Below, piece after piece: positions 54,671-64,000 of a stretch of DNA of 64,000 bases. A program made the position numbers and the translations under genes. This DNA is from Paramecium tetraurelia (Eukaryota). Position 1 is the stretch's first letter. Each line of letters begins with the position of its first letter. Below the pieces are notes generated by a model, which worked only from the letters and a program-made list of their open reading frames with translations, did not search any database and was not told where the DNA came from. Location of the stretch: contig CT868207.1 of NCBI GenBank assembly GCA_000165425.1, positions 310,001 to 374,000 of the forward strand, in the 5' to 3' direction.

Positions 54671-57245
54671 ATGGGCTGTGGAACTTCTGCAAATAGTGAA
54701 ACTGTCGATACAGATAGTAGAAAAGATATCGATGATTTAATGGGCAAGAAAATACCCAAAGTATTTATACGTTATTGAAGTTTTAGTTTCTTATACAACC
54801 TCAATATACTACTTAGGGAGTTCAGCAATCGGAGATGTCAGATGGAGAGGACCAGAAAAATGATATTCAAGGGGACTATCATAGACAAGGAAAAAAGGCG
54901 TAGAAAAAATTTAAAGGTGGGGATGAACAAAATGTTCAAATAGTGGAGAACATTATTAAGTTGGATAAGACAATATAAAGTAAGAGATTCATTTTAAATT
55001 AAATAGAGAGTGATAGATAAATGATAGAGAAGAGTTTCAAGAGCCATTTTGTATTTTTTAATTTGACTCAATAAGCCATCGATTATCTTATAAAAAACTT
55101 GGTGTTCTGCACATAGAAAAGAGATTAGTTCATATTTCAATAGGGAGATTAAGTATATAAGCAAATGAATTTTAGGCTACATCTTACTTCATCGTACAGA
55201 AAGGACAAGCTGAAGTTATCATAAACCAAAAATAAGTTAAAGTGATATCAGAAGGAGACTATTTCGGAGAGATTGCCTTGTTATACAATGCCACAAGAAG
55301 TGCTTCAATCAAAACCATCAGTATTTACATATTTCATAAGTTTAGCTGACTGTAATTTTTGGATGCTCGACAGAGGAACCTTCAGGAAGGCAGTTGAAGA
55401 TATGATGATAAAAGAATATGACGAGAACAGAAAGTTTATAAACGAGGTTACATTCTTTTCTTTTATGACTCCTGAGCAAAGGGACTCAATTGCTCATGCC
55501 CTAATTACAACTAAATTTGAACCAGGAGAAACAATTGTAAATGAAGGAGATTAAGCAGATTCCTATTATGTAATTAAGTCAGGCACTGTTGGAGTATTCA
55601 AAGGGAAAAAGTAGATTAACACTATGGGACCAAAAGACAGTTTTGGTGAACAGGCTTTGTATGAGAAAAGCACTAGAGGAGCATCCGTTAGAGCAGAAAG
55701 TGAGGTCAAGTGTTTGGCATTAGGAAGAGACAATTTAACCAAAATATTGGGAGATAAAGTTTAGTTGATTATCTTCAACAACATAATGAGATGGAGTCTA
55801 GAAAAAAGCAGCATTTTGAATTAGCTAACAAAATTACAATAGGAAAAGATTACCTTGAAGGCCAAGATATAAAATTACAAAAAAGGATAAGTTATATTTT
55901 AGAAAGATACTAAGTGTGAATAATTAGTAATAGTACTCGAAGGAACATTACAAAGTGATGATGATAAAATAGGTAAAGGAAATTGTTTTGGTGACTAATT
56001 TCTGTCTCAAAACAAAAAGAATGATTTGTTATCTAGTGATTATTTAATGGTTACTGATGGTGTTTTAGCAACCATTTCCTTTATTTAAATGTTTAAGATT
56101 CTTGGAGGAGATTTTGAAACTGCAATCTAAAAGAAATTTGAATCCCATGAAGTAAAAATTAAAAACATTGCGAATAGAGCAGATGCTTCTCATATTCGTG
56201 TTGAGGATCTAGTTTTCATTAAGAAATTAGGATCTGGCTAATTTGGATGGGTTTATCTAGTTAAACATAAGGATATTGATAGTTGTTATGCACTGAAGAG
56301 TGTATCTAAGGCTTCAATTGTTGAGTAAAGTTTAGAAAGACATGTTTTACAAGAGAAAATGGTTTTGGAATTATGCAATTTCCCATTTGTGATGCAATTT
56401 GTCAGAACATTCAAAGACGAAATATCTGTTTACTTCCTTGTCTAATATATCAGAGGAATGGAGCTCTTCGATGTGATCAGAGAAATCGGATTATTGAATA
56501 AGGAACAAACCCAGTTTTATATTGGAACCATGATCTTGTGTTTGGAATATCTCCACTCCAATGGAATTGTCTATAGAGATTTAAAGCCTGAGAATATAAT
56601 GGTTAATTCTGACGGCATCATGATTATGATAGATCTGGGAACTGCAAAATAAATCAGTAAAGCCAAAGGATAAAGAACTTACACCATTATCGGCACTCCA
56701 CATTACATGGCCCCTGAGATCATTCTTGGTAAGGGTTACTCTTATCATGTTGATTTGTGGAGTGTAGGCATTTGCTGCTATGAATTCCTATGTGGAGGAG
56801 TGCCATATGCTGAGGACATCGAGGTAACCTTGTATTGTTATAGAGTAGGATCCATATGAGATATATGAAGAAATCATGAACAACCAATTAAAGTTCCCTC
56901 ATTTCTTCAGAGATCGATCGGCTAAAAGATACATTGAACAGTTGTTGTCTAAACAACCTGAAGCTAGATTAGGAACTTCCTATGCTGGTTTAAAAGCCCA
57001 TGCTTGGTTTGATGATTTTGATTGGGATAAACTATTCAGTCATTAATTACAACCGCCTGTATGTATATGTGTTATGGCTTTAGTATATTCCCCCCAAAGA
57101 AAGATTGATTGGGGATTTCGAGATCGATAAAAAGTTCTAATAAGGCAAACTAGTTGTATCCGAGATAAAGACAGAATAGCAATAACAGAAAATAAAATAC
57201 AGAAAGGAATTAGCAAAAGATCCAAATTGGGATAAATCATTTTGA
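54671..57245 (+). CDS. PKG: cGMP-dependent protein kinase, N-acylation motif MGC, three cNMP-binding domains
   Basis: FGEIALLYNATRSASIK; FGEQALYEKSTRGASV; degenerate third [47 protein letters not shown] tail NWDKSF. Confidence 0.93.
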
Positions 57246-57310
57246 TGTAGAAAATATGCATTAATTATATTAAATATTTTTATTGTAAATGTACACTATA
57301 TTATATTGAC

Positions 57311-57990
57311 TCATTTCTTGGTTTCTTTGGCTTACTTTCTTTTCTCTTTAACTCCCACAAATTTAGCATTGTACCATTCTTGTCTTAATCTTCTGTAAAC
57401 GTTTTTAGCTCTTAATTCCTTTGAAATAACAGTAGCCTTTTCTCTCTTTGGTGTTCTTTAGAAAGTGATGACCTATTAGTTATTAAAGTCAGTTTTACTT
57501 CTGGATTAGTATTCTATGTGACTGGTTGAGCTACAACCTCATTAGCTGAGTCTTTGACAACTCCATTCTTTGGTTTACCAGCAACTCTGGGGAATAAGAC
57601 TAATTTTGACAAATATGCCTTAATTCTTTTAACATTAGCTGCCAATTCTTCTTAACTGTTGTTTCTTCTTCTGTGATCGACGGCAATACCAACTGTTCTG
57701 GCGAATTATGCATTAAGTCCTGCTTCTTTCAATTCAATAAGTGAGAATCCTCTTCCCAATTTCTAAACTCCATTGTATTTAATAGTTTGGCCTCTTACGA
57801 CTGGTCTAAGTAACTCCACTGGTCTTGGAGATGCCCCTATTTATTGATCTAATTTTCATCTACTTAATGCATTGGCTTATCTTCTTTATTGTCTTCTTCT
57901 CTTTGCGGCTGGTTGATTATAGAAGGTCTTGACAAATCGTGTCCAGTGCTTTCTTAAATGGGCATTTGGGAGTTGTTAATTATGCTTCAT
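57311..57990 (-). CDS. RPL13: 60S ribosomal protein eL13
   Basis: [69 protein letters not shown]. Confidence 0.98.
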
Positions 57991-58082
57991 CTTTAGAAAA
58001 TTTAAAAAATAAATATATGGATATTTAAAAAATATATGAAATGTCTCAAATGAGAAATATTCAATATAAAAAATCATTTCTT

Positions 58083-58499
58083 TCAAAGTTAAGTAATTAT
58101 CCTCAAAGATTGTCTACTCATTTAAATAACTAAAATACTTCACGGATTCCTTTCTACTTGATTTTCTATCAGTGATAATTGGAGTCTCTTTAATGTCTTG
58201 TCCCTTCCCTTAAATTATTTCGACAGTTTTCAGCTGAGAAATGGAGTTCTCAAAGCGTAATTCTGTTTTTTTGGTCTTATTCTCATCAAAAATCTCAACA
58301 AGTTTCGGTTATATCATAATATATGGTTTTTAAGTTTGGACTAACTTATTCTCAGATGGGGATTTCTTCATCACAATCTAATCCTAAGACTTGTCTCTAA
58401 AAGAGAGCATAAAAACAAACAATTTTACAATGTATTCAGAATAAAAGATTTCGCTTGTTTGTGTGAACGACTGGAAGAAATTGTTTTTGATGCTTTCAT
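58083..58499 (-). CDS. Hypothetical protein (5' end may extend to about 58630)
   Basis: Open frame DKSQDQIVMKKSPSENK..ETPIITDRKSSRKES; ends depend on inferred 25- and 32-nt introns. Confidence 0.45.
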
Positions 58500-58794
58500 T
58501 AAAAGACAGCTGAAAGTAATAAAAATAATTAATTAATTACAAAAATTATATGAAAAAACTCCTTAAACCATCTCGACAACCTCACTCCACATGTCCGAAT
58601 CCATTTAATCTCTGAATATCGGTTCATATCAATCCCTCTACAAGGATATTTATAAATCCACCCTTTAATAGAATACAACTTTTAATTTAAGAATGTGTTC
58701 AGAGAAATACAGACGTTTATCGCTCTATTTAGAAAGTATATACATAAGTGAAGTTATTAATAATTGAATATTGAATATGTATATATCACAATAT

Positions 58795-59618
58795 TCAGTC
58801 TTTTGCTGCTCTGTAAATTTTATTGCAAGCATCTTCCAATAATCCTAATAGAGATTCTTAAGATTCTTCTCTTAATTTTTTTTCTTCTTCTATTTCACTC
58901 TTTACTCTAGAAACCAAGTCCTTAAGCATTTCAAATATAGCTGCTTCGGATTCTTCTCTTTTATGATTTATGCTATCAGTACCTCAATTTCTTCTAATTG
59001 CCTAGACCTTCATTCAATCGTTTAATTTCATCTCCTGCTCTTCTCAATGTTCCATTGTCATTGTCTTCTCTATCCTATCCCTCTGTTTTAACCATATCGT
59101 ATAATTTTGGTAAATCATTTTCCAATGAGGTCGTGATATTTTCAACCTACTCCTATCTAATCTTCCCTTCAGTTTGGATGTCAGATTTCAAATATACAAC
59201 CTAATTTTAATTTTATTATTTACCTTTTCATCCAAGTAGCCTTACAATTTAAGATTTCCATCTTTCCTTAAAGCAATCTCTTATTCAAGTTTAGTTGTTA
59301 TTCTACTTTCAAAGGCAGCCACCTCCCTCACTCTTTGTTCAAACTAAGTTTCGAAGGCATTATTTTCTTCCTCTATTTGTTTTTAAAGACGTACTATTTC
59401 ATCTTTTAAAGTGTGCTATATTTAAATAGTATTCAAATTCGTACAAGTTTCCTATTGTAAGATGTTATTGTGTCTTAAATTCTCTCCTCTACTCCTGTAA
59501 TCCTTCCACAAACGGTATCTATTCTATGTGCTTTAGAAGAGTCATGTTGTAATTGAATTGAATTGAGTTTTTCAGAGATTTTAGCAAATCTTTCGTTGAA
59601 GGGTGTATTTGGATTCAT
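58795..59618 (-). CDS. SF-assemblin family striated-rootlet (kinetodesmal fibre) protein
   Basis: MNPNTPFNERFAKISEKLNSIQ.. coiled coil ..REESEAAIFEMLRDLVSRVKSEIEEEKKLREESQESLLGLLEDACNKI. Confidence 0.88.
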
Positions 59619-60646
59619 TTTTATTGACAAATTTTATTTAAGTTTATTTATATTTATTAAAAAGAGTCATTAATAATAATTAATAAATAAAAATAGATTT
59701 TTGAATCAAATTGTCAATCAAATAAATAAAAGAAAGAATGAACACATATTATTTATGACACAGAATAAATTTCATCTGTTTTTGAATTTCTTCGATGGTT
59801 ATGCAATTTACTTGTAATTACAGAATTTTATTTTTAAAATAGTTTTTTTCTATAAATAGGACTTTAGAGTTAATAGGAACTTTGTAACTGATCTTATTTT
59901 CAATCAGAACAGTTGAATTTGAAATTATTAATCCTACCTCACTAAACATGAAGGTGTTTAGAAAGATTTTTTAAAATATTACCTCAACTAATAATATACA
60001 ATAAATGTTCTTAAAATATATATATCAACAAGACTCTCTAATAGGAACACAATTACAAAGGAATTTTAAAGATAATCATGATAAACTGAAATAAATTGTT
60101 AAAAAATTTCCTAACAATTTAATTAATTTATTTATTAAATTATATCTTCCAACAAATATAATAATAATCCTAATTGAATTTGCAATTATGTTAAGACCAG
60201 AATAACTCACTAACTCTTATAAAGCAAGAATATATATAGTATTCAGTTTTTAAAGACCATTAAAGATATGCCAAAGCGAGAGTCATAATTAAAATGATTT
60301 TCAAATTAAATTGAATTTTAAAATTAGAGAGGTTGATGATGAAATATTTAGAATAAGTTTCTAATTAAGGCTATTTTTATATTATTATATTATAAAAAAG
60401 CAAATAATTTTAAACTTATTATAATATTTTAAACAACAATACTCATATTATTATTGGAATGCCCGAATACAAATCTGTTGAAATTGACTATTCCAATAGT
60501 AGATTGATTAAATTAAAGCAAAATTAAAAGAAATCAAAAATTTTTTCTCTAAATCGTAATCCCAAAATGATACATTTATTAATGATATTCTGTCTCAAAT
60601 TCAATTTAATTTTCAACAATTATATATTAATAATTATAAACTCAAA

Positions 60647-61273
60647 ATGAATAAAGCTAGTGAAAGCGAAGAAATCTTAGATCTGTAAAATAATAGCAAA
60701 AGTTTCAAGTAAACTATAAAAACTCAACATTTAGTAAGAAAGCCAACAGGCCATAACATTATTAAAGGGTTGACTCCAATATACGACAACAAATAATTGA
60801 GCAAACCTGTATCAAAGGCTAACCGCTCAGATAGGTTTTTGCTAAACTTTTATTATGTAGATTGCTTAAAACTTAGGAATTAAGTACTCCACAGCCAAAG
60901 CAATAGTCTAGGTGTACTAAAATGAAGGCAGAATTGGAAAGAAGAGAACAAGAGATAAAAGAATATTCCAAGAAATAGAGACATACATTCTGCTTGTCAA
61001 TAAGCAAACAGGAAAAATAGAAAAAAGGAGGCTGAAGTCAGAATGCAACGGCCTCAAGAAAAATCTTTTAGATGCCTCTCATAAGTAAAAGATTATAAAT
61101 ATAACAGTTTTGAAGAGGCTCACTATTCTTAGATTGCTCAATTTTTAGGAAACTATAATCTTGATTTAAGCCAAAGAAATATTGAGCATTAAAATGAAAA
61201 TGTATTTAATTTAGTGAAAATCTTAAATGAATAATACAAACAATTTTAGGAATATAAAGAAAATGATTAATGA
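60647..61273 (+). CDS. Ciliate helix-turn-helix DNA-binding protein (may start at 60459)
   Basis: HYQRVDSNIRQQIIEQTCIKGQPLRQ|IAQNLGIKYSTAKAIVQVYQNEGRIGKK; two 26-nt introns. Confidence 0.75.
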
Positions 61274-61931
61274 TTTAAATTCAAATAAGCTTATAAATGA
61301 TTCATTTTATTAATTTGAAAAGAATAAAATGTTTTATCAAATTTTCAGTAAATATTTCTTATCATTAATATTTATTATTATTTCAGATATATATTTAATT
61401 TAACATAAAAATGTATAGGCTTTGGCCTGTCAAACTAATTTAATACCTAAATGAGGAAACATTCTTTTAATCTATAAAAAGTAAAGGGAATCTAATCCTT
61501 ATTATGCGAAGATTTAATTCTTTACTTAGGTAATTTGTACTTATTATCAATATTAAGCCTCCTCTGAAGTTAAATCTTTACTATCTGCAATCTAAGATTC
61601 ATTCTTTGACTATTGAATGTTTGAAATTTCATGTTTTAGAGAATTTAATATATGATATAATATTTAATTTCACTTTACTTTTTATCTTGATTTTCCATAT
61701 ACTAATTAGATGCTTGCAATCCTATTTCAATCCCAAAAGTGGTTTTATGGGTAATATGTATTGTGAGACAATTTTCATATAAAATTGTTCACTTTTTTTA
61801 ATTCTAATACTTTTCTATTTGCATATAGCGAATAGGTAGGATCTTTGATGAAGAATAAGGCAAGCTAATAATTTAAATAAATATTTTTGCGAATTTTTAT
61901 TAAGAGAATTGTATTTTATTTAAAATTTCTA

Positions 61932-64000
61932 ATGGAGAAATGTTATAAACTAATTGAACGACAAATGTATGCTGAAGCCTTGGCATCTTTAACGTAGATA
62001 TTAAAAAGAGAGATTGAAAATCCTTAATTGGAAACAATTTATTTGATTTAGCATATTCTAAGCCAAAGTTAAAGATATAAGAATTTGCAAATCAAAATTT
62101 TAGAAATCGTAAAACAAGATGAGAACGAAGAAGAAGTAGATGACGATAAATATTTCAATCTAGTGCTGGATTTAATTAACCTTTATATAGATTAAAATAA
62201 TATCTAACAAGCAAAAAATTGGTCAAAACAATTGAAAAAATATGTACAAGGCATCTAATATAATGAATCTTTGTTGTATCTGGTTGAAAATCTAGATAGC
62301 ATGCTTTAATCCAAGTAAAAAAATATTGATTTGAAAGAACAAGTAAATAAGTTGTTTATGAAAGCTTCAAACATATGAAGAATTGTCTGAATTGGAGAGA
62401 AAGACTAAATATTTTGAATAGGATGGTATGCCTGCCTACTTGATACCAACTAGATGGTTCAATAAGTGGAAAAGTTATGTAACTGACACAGCCTTAGAAT
62501 TGCCTAATGAAAATTTGAATATCGAGAAAGAAATAGAGGTCTTAGAGAACATATTTAATGTTTCAAACGATCTTGACATTGAAGAATAAATTACTGCTCC
62601 AGGTCCGATCAATGGATTTTAATTGATTTAGGCTCAGTCTACTCTTGAATTGGATCCCTTTGGTCCAAAGTCATATACGAATTATATTTTAAAAGAAAAT
62701 ATAAGAGAAGGAGCGGATTTTATATTGGTTGGACACAAAATATTAGAATATTTCAAGAATATTTATGGTGGATTTGAGATCAAAAGATTAATAGTGGAAC
62801 ATAGCCAAACACATTAAAAATATGTTGATGTAATAAGCTGATTAAAATATGAATAGTTAGTACCAAGGATGATACAATATATCATATTACCAAACGAGGA
62901 GAAACATAGAATTAGATTAATAACTGCAAATAGTAGTGATTTAATTTTAGATTTGTGTAAGAAAGTGAATAGAATATTGAAGTTGAATAATGAGGTGAGA
63001 TGGTGGAAATTTAATGATTCTTAGAGTCAACAGGACTTTATAAAGAACCTATAAAGAAGAGAACTATATAAATAGATATCTGCAAAGGTCCTAGAAAAGA
63101 CCACAATGATCGATGAAATTAATTTCTCAAGTTCAGATTTATTTATTTGTGAAATTAAATATGGTAGGGATTGGTAGATGAGTGAAATTGATACAAAGTC
63201 GATGTCTTCTTTCAAAAGTAAAATTAATATATCTGATGTTCCTAAAATCATAAATGATTCTCGTAAAGGTGTGACAGGTCTATAAAATCTAGGCAACACT
63301 TGTTTTATGAATGCTGCCTTATAGTGTTTAAGTAATACTTACGAATTAACTGAATACATGGTTAGCAACGAATTCTTTTAGCATTTGAATTGTGATAATC
63401 CTTTGGGAACTAAAGGAGCCTTGGCAACTGCCTATGCTGAATTGATGAAGATAATGTGGTATGGAAATAACTCAGCAGTTAGTGCTTACGATTTAAAAAG
63501 AGTGATTGGTAAGTTTGCTCCTCAATTCTATGGGTATGGCTAATAGGATTCACACGAATTCTTATCATATTTATTAGATGGTTTACATGAGGATTTAAAT
63601 AAGGTTCTCGTTAAACCCTTTGTGAAAGAAGTTGAAATAACAGATGAAACTGATTTTGAAGCCTCTCGAATATTTTGGAATAATTATATTCTTAGGAATT
63701 AAAGTAAGATTCAATAATTGATGGTTGGTCAATATAAGTCAACTCTAGTTTGTCCAAATTGTCATAGAGTTTCAAAAACTTTTGATCCCTATATGAGTCT
63801 TTCGCTTCCAATCCCATCATACACATTAATACAATTATCCATGTATTTTATATATCAGAATGGGAAGATACCTTTAAAAATATAACTTAATCTTACAAGT
63901 GATCAAGATGCCAATTACATTGGATAGGAATTGTAGAAATCTTTAAATATTGAATAAGAATAGATGAATTTTATTTTATTAAAAGATCATTTGATAAGGG
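61932..64000 (+). CDS. Ubiquitin-specific protease with DUSP domain (USP4/11/15-like); runs off window
   Basis: [15 protein letters not shown] and PGPING (DUSP); [18 protein letters not shown] (Cys box); [33 protein letters not shown]. Confidence 0.93.

Noticed and set aside
57988..58140. Unspliced upstream ORF runs in frame into the RPL13 ATG (apparent fusion)
   Set aside because: A canonical 25-nt intron gives a normal stop at 58083-58085, and TGA-free stretches are common when TGA is the only stop

Overview
Gene-dense, very AT-rich ciliate macronuclear DNA, almost certainly Paramecium (aurelia-type). TAA/TAG encode Gln, TGA is the only stop, introns are 20-33 nt GT..AG, and most intergenic spacers are under 250 bp. 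The supplied standard-code ORF track therefore shows only fragments and antisense shadows. Re-reading with the ciliate code gives about 35 protein genes, one clearly disabled gene, one atypical tRNA-Gly(CCC) and several long AT-rich gaps that look like decayed genes. Recognisable genes include NAD(P) transhydrogenase, ARMC9, a LETM1-like protein, a trichocyst matrix protein, a hybrid histidine kinase, two CDPK-type genes, ATG8, a Spinster-like MFS, a DHHC protein, an arrestin-like protein, DedA/VTT, Cgr1, a pepsin-family protease, PEX11, a TRF4/Cid-type nucleotidyltransferase, PKG, RPL13, SF-assemblin, a DUSP-USP and three ciliate HTH proteins. I see no mobile element, CRISPR array, telomere or evident new multi-gene system. 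The best leads are catalytically degenerate signalling proteins, the odd tRNA, a transposase-like HTH family with a shared intron position, and a PHD-DDT chromatin factor. All coordinates were read by eye, so start codons and intron edges may be off by a few bases.
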